Positions 1-10,871 of a stretch of 64,000 nt of DNA are shown piece by piece. The stretch lies in assembly GCF_009834535.1 (NCBI RefSeq), contig NC_045707.1, positions 60,886,001 to 60,950,000 of the forward strand, given 5' to 3'. The stretch is from Camelus ferus. Taxonomy: Eukaryota. Below the pieces are notes generated by a model. That model did not search any database. It worked only from the letters and a program-made list of their open reading frames with translations, and had not been told where the DNA came from. Position numbers and translations under genes: made by a program. Within the stretch, counting starts at the first letter, position 1, and every line of letters starts with the position of its first letter.

Positions 1-170
1 TTTTCTCTCTCTCCAGATGAGGCCAGAAGTTGTTTTTCATTAGAAAAATCTTACCCTAGTGACAAGCACGTTAACTTTATCCTGCTGAACCCTACCTCAA
101 CCTCCCCGCAGCACAGTACTCACCCCGGACCTTGTCTTTCACACGTAAAAGGCCCATTAATGTGTGAAAT

Positions 171-679
171 TGTTACTGAACAAAAGTTCGTGTGCCCAAT
201 ACACAGTAAGGCCAAACAAACCGAACCGTTGGAGTTTGGAGCAGAGAAAGATTTATTAGATGGTCAGCAAAGAGAACGAATGGCTGATGCTCAAAAAAAC
301 CAAACTCTTCAATGGGCAAAATTTGGGATAAGGGCTGCAATGCGTGACTTTCTTCTGATTGGTTGGTGGTGAGGTAATGGGGTGGTACTAAAGTCGCCAT
401 CCTCCACCTGGATGGCCTTAGTTCCTGCAGAGGAAGTCAAAGATATTGTTATGTATGTTCTTTGAGGCAAAGAGGACCCTGCCCCAAGGCTGGGCTATTG
501 TTTCTTAACTGCTTCTCCCTTATCTCTTCATTCCCTCCTTCCCCTGAAGTGCAGCTATTTGAATCTGCCCCTTGGAACTCAGGGAAGGTCAAGGAGCCCA
601 TTTTCTACAAAAAAAGAACAGGGGGCACACAGAAAGGATTTGTACCAGAGAGGACCCCACAGGGCCCTGCTCTATTTCA
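171..679 (-). mobile_element. ERV1-class solo LTR, probably lineage-specific
   Basis: TG...CA termini with a perfect 4-bp TSD AAAT (167-170 and 680-683). On the minus strand there is AATAAA (tttatt 252-257) and a CCAAT box (ctgattgg 355-362). Confidence 0.8.
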
Positions 680-2869
680 AAATGGAAATGAGAATTTTTT
701 TTTTTTTCTTACTAATATAACGTCCACTTTTTTTCTGATTTTTACACATGGCTTCTCCTCTCCTCTTCCAGAGCTGTGTGCTTGCCTTGGGCAGAATGAG
801 GACTGTAGCCGTAGGAAGGCAAAGAGGAAGGGGAAATCAATATCCAGTTTTTGACTTTCAGAGCTGTCAGAAAGGAAATAATAGTCTTAAAAGCCAGTCT
901 TTGTCAAGAGAGGAAATGATTTCTAAATTCCATAAGCCGTCGTTAACATATCAAGAGCAGAGACCAGCAACGGAAATAAAAGTATTATTCAGGGAGAGAG
1001 AACTGAGCGTAAGAAAAGTATCTGCTACAAAGGGGTCGGAGGATTAGAAGGTGACGGCGTGAAAAGCCCACCTTCTGACCCTGAGGGATTATGGGAAAAA
1101 GGAAGCAGGTAACCTTGTGGAACAGGTGGTGAAAGGAAGCTATGAGACACTTGTGTCCTCTCCAGGCTGAAGTTCTGGAGGCGCAAGGTCATCCAGTCAG
1201 AAAAAGAGAGCAGACAGCAAAGGGGCTTTTGTCCTTTTCTTAGCTGGAGCCCTTGAGGGAGACTACCATGCGGGGCGGGCTTCAGTGCCCTGGGGGTGGA
1301 TAGAATGGGGTACACAAGGGTTTTGCAGGACAGGGAGATGTGCAGAGACATCTGAGGTAGAGCGCTTGACTCCTTGGAGTCTGTATATGGTTTGTGAGCA
1401 ATCTAGACATTCCCAAATGCCCTTGGGGGGCTGCTGAAAGTAGATGACATTCAGGCTGGGGAAATTGCCACAGATGTCACAAGGTGGGGTTGAGGCAAAG
1501 AAACCCTGAGGCTGGGAACTCAAGGTGGGGTGGAGAACATCTGAGATTAGTGGCTGGACTTCCAGTGGCTGGGCTGCACAGCCACCAGCAAAGGGATGAG
1601 ATGGAGCTGAGTGCCAAGGGTGACCTTAACCAAGCTAAGAGAACAGACAAAGCTGTGTTCCTCAGCTGCTAATGTTAGCAACCATCACCTGTAGGGTGCT
1701 TGGCAGGACCCAGACTCATCCCACCTTAATGGGTACCAGCCAGCCTTGGGTACACACCCAAGGACAGGACCAGGTGGCCAGCAGTAGAGACAATACAAAG
1801 ACAGGCACCACTCCAGCCAGAGCTCCGTCTCCCCAATGCCAAGATGTCAGCATTCCTCTACACCTAGAGCCATGTTGGGGGAAGGGAGAGAAAGGAGCAA
1901 TCCATCTTTGATAGGGAATTAAGCTTTAATTGATAAATGTTTAGTCCTCAAAGAGTATTTTCAGTCCAGTGTGCCCTTAATTGGAAAAGTTCATGTGCTC
2001 TCCCCACCCCTACATTGGCTGTTACTCAGTGGGTTGGGTCCATGAAGATTTGGTCTATGACAGAAAATTAAAAGTCACATGGTCTTTGTATATTTGAGTT
2101 TTAGTTTGTGTTCAGTTTGCAGCTTCATTCCTTGAATATTTCTCAGTAAATGACCAAGTTTCCTACAGAGATGAGTTCTGCAGCTCCCCCAGGATGCAGA
2201 AGTAGTTGCAATTAATTTTTAAAGCAAAAATATGTCTTCCCACTTCATCAGAAACCATTATTCCTTCTAAACTCCCTGTTTCTCATGTTTTATTTAGAAA
2301 GACCCGGAACTGAGAAAACACAAAACTGAGTCAGATCATGAAGCAATTCCTGGCACCTGCCCTCTGCAGAACTTGACTCCCGTAGCTCCAGCCACCCTTC
2401 CATGTGGTTCGCTGCTTGTCTGGAGGGAGCTGTCAGAGGTCTTGCTGAACACACTGTGTGGAGTGGTTCAGGTGTGTTGGGGGCCACATCCCAGCAGACC
2501 CAATTCTGTGATCTTTTCTAGTTTCCCTTCTGTCTCAGCCTCAGGTAACTGTCCTGCTGAATTACAAATAAATAAATAAAATTCCTCTTCTTCTTAGTTT
2601 GAGATAAAGTTGTAATTTTTCAAAGGGTAATTTAAGTAAGAAACTGAGGTATAATGAAAAAAACACACTAAAGTATTAAGAACCAGGGATTTTTTTTGGA
2701 TTACAGATTTATTACAGAAAATGGGGGGAGATATGCCTGAGATTATCTCAGATGCACAGATTTTAAGGCATTCAGCCATGGCTTTTTTTTCTTCTTCTTC
2801 ATTCTGCCAGATTCAGAAATACTTCTTATGATTCAGAAATAGTTCTTATGATTTTCTTCTTTCTTTAAG

Positions 2870-3102
2870 CAGTGGTGTTCATCTGGGATGGTGGTTGGGA
2901 GGGGCAGTTTTAGCCCCCAGGGGACATTTGACAATGTCTGGAGACACTTTTGGTTGTCACAACGTAGGGAGGGTGATGCTACTGGCATCCTGTAGGTAGA
3001 GGCCAGGGATGCTGCTGAACATCCTACCATGCACAGGGTAGCCCCCGCAACAAAGAATTCTCCTGCCCCGAATGTTAGTTTTGCTGAGGGTGGGAGACTC
3101 TG
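2870..3102 (+). mobile_element. MER20 (hAT-Charlie non-autonomous DNA transposon)
   Basis: Characteristic gggacatttgacaatgtctggagac...ggttgtcacaac...gctactggcatc...gaggccagggatgctgct; CTTTAAG is duplicated on both flanks. Confidence 0.9.
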
Positions 3103-4792
3103 CTTTAAGGAGACACGTGGAACAACCCCATTTCAAGAATCATATCCAGCATGACAATTAATTACTATGGTCAAAGAACTGTTCTCACTGGGAAAGAGAC
3201 AAAGTCACAATTCTATATTAACTAATCAATCAATCCATTCATGTGTCAAAATTTTGTTGGTATCTACTGCATGCCTGGCATTGCTAAGCAATGAGCAAGA
3301 CAGACAGCCTCTTCCCTTGCAGAGTTTATGGGCAAGTTCAAAAGAGAATCCTTAAAGTTAAAATCATACAAATATAATTTAACTGTAATTGTGATAATTC
3401 CATAAACAAAAAATATGGGCAGATATAAGAAAGTACATATTCTGAAGGGAAAACTAGAACATTGTTATATTTTCTAAAAATGAATAAATTCAGTGAAAGA
3501 AATCTTAATGTTTTATTCCCTTGAACTTTCATCATGACTGTTTTCCATGACCAGTCTCCTTAGTCTTTCTTGGTTTACCAAGGGAGCACTGTGTCTCTCC
3601 TTGTTTTCAAAATGTTCATTTAAATCTCTTTCAAAATGTAAGAGTCTGTTGAAGCTTGTTTGCTGCTAAGCCCCAGCCCAGCCTTCCCTGTGGAAGCCAA
3701 AGCAATTCTGGGAAAGGTTGGGGCTGGAGGGCAACCTTGGGTTAATCTAAGAGTGAGACGGAAGTGACAGCCTCCAGGTTCCAGTGGTAATCAATTCCCT
3801 TTCCTGCATTAAGCTACTCAGTAAGCAACAAGACCCACAGTTAACAATTTGAGTCTATGATCTTTTCCCAGGGGTGTGGATTGGGGAAGTCTTCCCTGGG
3901 GGAAAGAATACTTAAGTTGAGATCAGAAGGATGAACTGGGCAAAGTTGGGGAGGATGAAGGCAAGCATTCCAATGTGCAGGTCTAGTAGGTCTAGTAGGT
4001 GTAGATTGGCATATCAAAATAATCCTTAGACCCAGAAAAAGGTTTCACTATGATCTCTTGCTTCCTGTTCTTCAGAGACACTTGATCCGGGATGTGTGGC
4101 CCTACTTGGGGGAGGGGAGTAGTGGCAGAATTGGTTTGACAGTGACTCACTGAACCATAAGCCCCAACCAGCTATCCTGCAAATTTATGACAACAAAATT
4201 ATGACAACTACATACAAAACCAAAGCAGTGGGTATTCTCTACTGAGAATGCCTAAGAGTACTCAGCAAATGTTTATGTAGACCCGACTGAGGGCCACAGC
4301 AGGGCAGACTTTCATTTCCCTTTTGAGATCAAAGGTTCCGTGGAGAAGCTGAGGAAGACTATGGAATGCTTTCCTGAAAAACACACAGATGCACATGTGT
4401 CCAAACAATTGCATACAGTTCATGGGGTTTCCAGCTCCGAAGCTCATCCATCTCAGGGTAACACAGCTGCTCTCAAACTATAACAACGGATGAGGAAGAA
4501 CATGCCAGTGGTGGGAGGTATTGTGTTCCGTCTCAAATGTAATGAGTTTGAGGTGCATATGGCAGGATATTCAGGTGGAAATGTCCCAGGAGCAGTTTAA
4601 ACTGCTTCCTGGTTTTGTGCGATTTTCTAAGTATGTTTAAATCAAGAGGAAGTGGGTGGGTATGTATCGGTACAATGGGCCCCATCCCAAGGGTCCAGAT
4701 TCTCTCGTGTTCTTATTTAGAAATTTTTTTCCTCAGAAAAATTTTCATTGTAGAAAATACGACCCAGCCTTTGCATTATTAAGGTCCTTTTC

Positions 4793-4928
4793 TTTTCTTT
4801 TCTTTTCTTTTTTATTTTGGAGGAAGTAATTAGGTTTATTATTTTTTTAAATGGAGGTGCTGAGGATTGAACCCAGGACCTCATGCATGCTAAGCATACA
4901 CTCTACCATGGAGCCATGCCCTCCCCAC
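4793..4928 (-). mobile_element. Camelid tRNA-derived SINE (Vic-1-like)
   Basis: Reverse complement of ggggagggcatggctccatggtagagtg...gaggtcctgggttcaatcc; 12-bp TSD AAGGTCCTTTTC (4781-4792 and 4929-4940). Confidence 0.9.
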
Positions 4929-5160
4929 AAGGTCCTTTTCATAATCACTCTCTATTTCAGAGCCTGATTAAAGAAAAGTCTAGCCATGTGGCTGGGGAGC
5001 CGGTCTGTGAGGAGGGGCTGAAATATTAAATGTGACTGAAAGAAATACTGAACAAATGGAGCCAGTCTTCCGCTCCCCACCCCTTCATCCTGCACAAGGG
5101 CTGGCTAAACTGCCCTCTGAGGAAGCCGAGTCTACAAACTGTGCCTTTTTTTGTTTTCTC

Positions 5161-5168
5161 TTTTTTCC

Positions 5169-5199
<31 letters not shown>

Positions 5200-5290
5200 T
5201 TCTTTTCTTTTCTTTTCTTTTCTTTTCTTTTCTTTTCTTTTCTTTCTTTCTTTCTTTTCTTTCTTTTCTTTCTTTTCTTTCTTTCTTTCT
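5161..5290. repeat. Compound (TTTC)n/(TTTTC)n polypyrimidine microsatellite
   Basis: Directly visible ~130-bp pure C/T tract. Confidence 0.97.
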
Positions 5291-5313
5291 TGTTGTTGAT
5301 AAAGTCTGGGGGC

Positions 5314-5816
5314 TGTGGAGTGCTAAAAACATGGGCCCCTAAAGATATCCACATCCTGTGGATGTTACCTTGTATGACCTGTGGCCTTACATCAGGCCAT
5401 AAAGGCTCTCAGCAGATGTGATTAAGGATTTTGAGATGGGGAGATTATCCTGGATTATCTGCATGGACCCTAAAGGTCATCTCACAGATCCTTGTAAGAG
5501 GGAGGCAGATGGGACCCAGAGAGAAGAGGGGAAGGCAGATAGAAGAGAAGGAGGCAGTGTGACCGCAGAGGCAGAGGCTGCAGTGACGTGACCACGAGCC
5601 AGGAACACCGGCAGCCACCGGACCTGAAAGAGGCAGGGTGCAGTTGTCCCCTAGAGCCTCCTGAAGGGAGCACAGCCCTGCTGACACCTCGATTTCAGCC
5701 CTGTGGGGCTGAAATTTCAGACTTCTGGCCTTCAGAACTGGGGGAGAATTAATTTCGGCTGTTTTAATTCACCAAGTTTGTGGGAAGTTGTTACAGTAGC
5801 CAGAGGAAACTAACTA
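5314..5816 (+). mobile_element. MaLR LTR, MLT1D-like
   Basis: gcagatgtgattaagg...gagatggggagattatcctggattatc...ctagagcctcc...gccctgctgacacc...ttgttacagtagcc; near-TSD GGGGC/GGGAC. Confidence 0.85.
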
Positions 5817-6670
5817 GGGACTAAACTAGACAGTAGAAGGAGGGACTGAATGGTCTAGATTGGAGCCTCTTTGTCTCAGGTTTTTCATGAAGTTTTCTGG
5901 TTTCCTTTCCATTTTCAACCTCAACTATTTCTGAATCCAAGTAAATCCTCCTCTCTCACCTTGACACTTGTATCGGAAAGCTCCACTGTCCTATATAGAC
6001 TGAGTAATTGATTTTGATTCACTGGTACAAAGTTCTCTTTTGTTTGTTTTGCCTCCTTCCCCCTCAGCTTATATTCCCTGCTTCCAAATAATCGTTTATT
6101 GTTTTGGAAGAATCAGTCTCTCTCTCTCTCTCTCTTCAGCCTCCTCCGCTCCTCTTGTGCTTGATCTTAAAATAAAAGTTACCTACAGTTGACAGCCTCC
6201 TCTTTCTTTTCTTGTGATTTCCTTCACTCAGCAGTGTGGAGCGGTAAGGCTGCTCTCCCCCGAGTGTTTGAAGCCACCCACACACCTCGAAGCACAGTCT
6301 CCAGCAGCTGACAGCACAACACAAGCCGGTGACAGTCACGAATGCCACCATCGTTAGTTCCACAAATCCTCTATGAAAATGGGTCTGTGGGATGTAAGAA
6401 AAAGGGGGAAATGGTATTTCATGATGGGAATTTTTTTAAACTGCAAAAATGGGAAATAAATTGGGCCAGATGATTATTTTAAATAACCTATGGTGAAAGT
6501 AGGAACTTAAAGCAAGTCTCCATCAAAGAATTTGAGGAATCGAAACAAGCCATGTGAAGTCTTTTTGCATGAAGACCTCCTAGTGCTTCTGGGAGAAACA
6601 GTATAGAGGAGACTCTAGGAGGATGGCCAAGAGATGGGGAACCAGGGGCTCAGGTGAGAACATCGTAACT

Positions 6671-6896
6671 CAGGGGTCAGCAAACTATGGAATGGGTCAA
6701 ATCTGGCCCACCATCTGCTTTTGCAAATAAAGTTTCATTAGAACACAATCCTGTCCAGTCATTTACATATTGTCTACAGCTACCCTTGCCCTGCAACGGC
6801 AGAGCTGAGTAGCTGTGACAGAGACTATATGGCACATAAAACCTAAAACATCTACTGTTTCACCCTTTACAGAAAAAAAAAATATGCCAATCCCTG
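6671..6896 (+). mobile_element. MER58A (hAT-Charlie)
   Basis: Starts caggggtcagcaaact, contains aaataaagtttcattagaacaca and gcagagctgagtagctgtgacagagac, ends gccaatccctg (TIRs). Confidence 0.9.
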
Positions 6897-6979
6897 TTAT
6901 AATGAAATGGTAGCAGCAGTTCGGGGTGTAGTAAATAAGCTCTAACAGTGAGAAATACGAAGAATTACCGAGGGTAGAG

Positions 6980-7432
6980 TGTATGAGTTTCTTAGGGCTG
7001 CCACAACAAATTATTGCAGATTGGGTGAGTTAAACAACAGAAATTTGTTCTCTCATAGTTCAGGAGACCAGAAGTCCAAAATTAAGGTGTGGGCAGGGCT
7101 GGTTCTTCTGGAGGTTCTGAAGGAGAATGGATTCCATATCTCTTTCCTTGTGTCTAGAGGCTGCCAGAGCTCCTTGGCATTTCTTGGCTTGTAGGCACGT
7201 GATTTCAGTCTCTGCCTCCATCTTCACATGTTCTTCTCCCTGTGTCTCTCTGTGTCTTCCCCACTCCTGTCTCTTACAAGGACAGGTCATCGACTTTAGG
7301 GCCAACCCTAAATCCACAATGATCTCATCTTGAGGTCCATAACTTAATCAATTACATCTGCAAAGACCCCTTCTCCAGACAGAGTCACATTCACAGATAC
7401 CATGGATTAGGACTTGGACATAAGGTCTGGGG
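6980..7432 (-). mobile_element. MaLR LTR, MLT1C-like
   Basis: tgtatgagtttcttagggctgccacaacaaa...ttaaacaacagaaattt...cagtctctgcctccatcttcacatg...ttacatctgcaaagaccc. Confidence 0.85.
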
Positions 7433-8721
7433 TTGTTTCTAATTCACCGACTGTTTTAATTCACCAAGTTTGTGGGAAATTCAATTCAATGCACCACCAA
7501 AAATCTGTTAGCCACGTTGGGGGAAAAGGAGGCAGCCTGAGGGCCTTGGTGATTGCTGTGAACACCATCCACCCACAATTGAATGTAACCTTAGGAGACA
7601 GTGCTTACATAAATATCTCATTAATTTTGACAAGTTTTCATATTTAAAGGAATATATTGAATCCACAGACAACCTTGAACTTTCATCTTATAATTCGGTT
7701 TTACTTTCTTTCCTTATTCAATTTTGTGTCACTCAGTTTTATGGTCTACATGTAGAAAATGTGGGCGATTTAAGCTCTTGTGGCCCTAAAAGCAGCCGAG
7801 TGAATGCAAGACAGACAGTAAGAAGTGGAGAAGCAGCTGAGGACCAGGAAGTTGGTTCCTGCAACCTCTGTTGTTGACTCTGACAAGAGAAGCATTACCT
7901 TGGGAAGCTGTTGGAGAGCAGCAGGGAGGGAGTCCAGAGAGTCCTCTCAAGGCTGCAGGAACCTCTTGTCAGAGCGGTTTTTGTTTTTGTTTTTGTTTTT
8001 TTTTTGTTTCTTCATCTGTGACTTGAAAACAAAGAAGTGTGGTTGCGCTCATGGTGGGTCTTATCTTGTCCTTTGTTTTATTCTCTTTACCGGATTCCAG
8101 TCCAAATTTGGGTGTGGAGGGAAGGCAGGGCATGTTTCTACTAGGATTCCTTCCTGACCAGAATTCACAAGCAGGGGTGGAAAGCGGAGAGGGAGAAGCC
8201 GCCGTCAAGTTGGCACTCTTCTGAGAAACATCTGAGTGGAAGTGACAGTTTTTTCAGAGGGATTGTCCTTGACGGGCACTAAAACCAAGGCTGGAGTGAA
8301 AGAATCAGGGAAATTAGGACTCCTCTCCCAAGAATGGGAAATGACATTACCTTGAAGATGTGCCAGAGGAGCCCTGGGGCATGAGAAGTGAGGCAGCCAC
8401 AGGCAGCTGCCCACCTAGGGTGCTCTGTACTCCTGTCTTTCTGTTTGAAACACCTCCAGTCGCCTCTGTTGTCCTGTATGAACCTTGTCTATTACCTCCA
8501 GGAGCTGGGACAAATCCAGGCTCCACCATCTCTTCTAATTTTCAGATATTTTCTAAGGATTCACACCATGGCACACCAGTTTCTTGAGTCTTTGCTCATT
8601 TATGGCAGAGTTTTCTGCATCCATTCAATTTGACTTGCATTTTCTAAGCTGCACAAGCCTAGTTGAAACGAGGTCCATAACAGTAATTTAAGGAGATGGA
8701 GGAAGAAGGCACTTCTCTGAA

Positions 8722-9598
8722 TGTACCAGAGGGGAAATACACTTTTTCCTTTACCATCTTAGAGTTTCTGGCTGACTGACATGAGACAGATTTAACTGGA
8801 GAAAAGCATATGAACTTTATTTGCATGCACGTGGGAGCCCTCATAAGAAAAGTGAGGATCCAAAGAGGGGACCGGGCCTATGTGTTTACATACGAGGCTG
8901 AACACAGAGTAACACTTGTGGAGAAAGGTGGCTAAACTATGCTAGGTTTACTGTATTGGAAATTAAAACTGAAAACCTAAAATGTAGATTAAATCACTCT
9001 AAAATAACAATGAGAAGGTTGTTATGTGTGTTAACATAAATACACTTTTATGCGAAATAACTGTATCTGTCAAAACTTTTTTTTGTAAAGAAGAAAAGAA
9101 AATCCTGCCAATGAACCATAAAAGCAGAGATGTGTGCTTCCAACTTAGCCATCTCAGTGGCCTCCAGTCAGCCCCTACCCCTTCCTCAAAGAGACCCCAA
9201 AGACAAATGAGTATGTTAATTCCATTTGTGGCCTTTCCCACTGGTCAGAATCACCGGCATCTCTTACTTCCCTAATGCTAGAGGAATCCTCATCATGATA
9301 GATCGATTTCCAAATTAATTAATTAACTAAATAAGGAGATTAAAAGGTTATTTTAACAAGGTCCGTTTGTACAGCTTGCTCTCAGCCTCCACAGCGTTTC
9401 TGGTGATAAGAATGTGTCTTCCTCCCGGCGCAGGGAGAGCACCTTTCACGTGGAAAGTTTCTCTCTTGCTTTTAGGGGAAAAGACAAAAGGTCAGCATGC
9501 CCTTCTGGCATCAGCTGTTTTTTCAAGAGCCTCTAGCTCAAAATAATTAATATGCCAAAGCAGCATATTTTGGGGTGACATGCCCCAGATTGCCTTCG
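8722..9598 (-). mobile_element. ERV1 LTR, MER34-like, interrupted by a ~380-bp foreign insert
   Basis: Both ends match the LTRs at 48703 and 58488 (agctcaaaataattaatatgccaaag...ggggtg). Homology breaks at ~8942 and resumes at ~9322. Confidence 0.75.
8945..9095. mobile_element. Charlie1-like DNA transposon internal fragment
   Basis: gaaattaaaactga...aaaataacaat...tgttaacataaata...aaataactgtat resembles recalled Charlie1 internal sequence; no TIRs. Confidence 0.55.
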
Positions 9599-9679
9599 GT
9601 GCCCACCTATTCTGCTGGAACTATCCCTCTTCTCAAATTTCTTTCATCAAATTCCAGTGTATCGTAATTCACAGGCTAA

Positions 9680-9995
9680 TGCACAGGCATGGGAGTCAGA
9701 GAGACCTGGGTTTAGGTCCCTAGTTGCACCGCTTGTAAGCTAAGAAATCACAGCTGACACTAGTACAACTCAGGGGTTAGCAGGGGCCAACCCTCATGCA
9801 GTCGAAAATTTGCGTATAAATTTACAGTCAGGTCTCCGTATCCACGGTTCCGCATTCAACCAACCTCAGATCATATGGTACTTGAAGAAAATCCACATAT
9901 AAGTGGACTCTCATAGTTCAAAATCCATGCTGTTCTGTAGCTGATTTCTCTAAGCCTCTTTTCCCTCACATGTAAAGTGAGAATGTGATAAAAAA
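9680..9995 (+). mobile_element. MIR SINE split by a Tigger-derived element
   Basis: gggagtcagagagacctgggttt...gctaag, continuing after the insert as tctctaagcctc...tgtaaagtgagaat. Confidence 0.6.
9762..9936. mobile_element. Tigger3/MER8-like TcMar-Tigger fragment
   Basis: gcagtcgaaaatttgcgtataa...ccgtatccacggttccgcattcaaccaacc...aaaatccacatataagtggac...gttcaaa. Confidence 0.75.
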
Positions 9996-10027
9996 AAAAT
10001 GCCTACTATTTAGAAAGGAGTTATAAA

Positions 10028-10545
10028 GAGACTGGAATGCTCTCATAAGAAAGGCTTGATTGCAAGGGTTGGCCTTTGGCTGGTATCTGGGAACCTGGAT
10101 TTTGGAGGGGTTTCACCATTTCCTAAATGATAACAGTGCTTCACTGGGCCTAAAGTGTTTGTCAGACACTTGTGGTTTATGCTGAACATCTCGTTTCCTT
10201 CTGGGAGTCTGGAATTTTGGTCTGTGCTTAGCAGAGAGAGCCTACACCACCAGTCCCCCATTAAAAACCCTGGGCACTGAGTCTCCAGTGAGCTTCCACA
10301 GTGGACAAAACTTGTCATTTGTTGTCACAACAAGTTGCTATGAATTAGGTACATCTTCTGTGACTTAGAACCCTTGGAATCCTGTGCCTGGTTTCCTCCA
10401 GACTTTGCGCTGTGTGCCCTTTCTCTTTGCTAGTTTTGCTTTGTGTCCTTTCACTGTGTTAAATCTCAGCCTTGAGTAAGGCTGTATCCTGAGTCCTGTG
10501 TGTCCTCCTAGGGAGTCACTGACACAGGGTTGGTGGGGAGAGGGG
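10028..10545 (+). mobile_element. ERVL LTR, MER68-like (MER21/MER68/MER77 group)
   Basis: ggttggcctttggctggtatctgggaac...tggtttatgctgaaca...ccttctgggagtctggaattttgg...aaaaccctgggcactgagtctc...gagtcctgtg. Confidence 0.85.
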
Positions 10546-10561
10546 TGGTTCTGAGGACTCT

Positions 10562-10871
10562 TGTCTTAGCCCATTGCAGCTGTTATAACAAAATACCACA
10601 GACTGGACAGCTTGTAAACAGGAGAAATTTATTTCCCACAGCTCTGGGGTTGGGAAGTTGAAGATCAAGGTCAGAGTCACATTCGGGAGAAACCCTCTTC
10701 CTGGTTCATAGCGGGTTCCTTCTTTCTGTGTCCTCACTTGGCTGAAGGGGTGAAGGATCTCTGTGAGTTTGTTGTTGGGCTCTGTCCCATTCAAGAGGGT
10801 CCCTTTACAATTTAAGCACCTCCCAAAGGCCCCACCTACTAATGCTGTCACCTCGGGGGGTTAGGATTTCA
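10562..10871 (-). mobile_element. MaLR LTR, MLT1A/MLT1A0-like
   Basis: tgtcttag...ataacaaaataccacagactgg...ctgtgtcctcac...cacctcccaaaggccccacct...ttaggatttca. Confidence 0.85.

Noticed and set aside
1..60. Polypyrimidine tract plus CAG followed by ATG (possible splice acceptor)
   Set aside because: There is no sustained reading frame or convincing donor site, and such motifs are common by chance.
2811..2853. 20-bp tandem duplication (GATTCAGAAATASTTCTTAT x2); similar short duplications at ~3978 and ~4183
   Set aside because: These are ordinary slippage duplications with two units and no spacers, so they are not CRISPR-like.
5032..5421. Phe/Leu/Ser-rich and Lys/Arg/Glu-rich ORFs
   Set aside because: These are translations of the (TTTC)n microsatellite.
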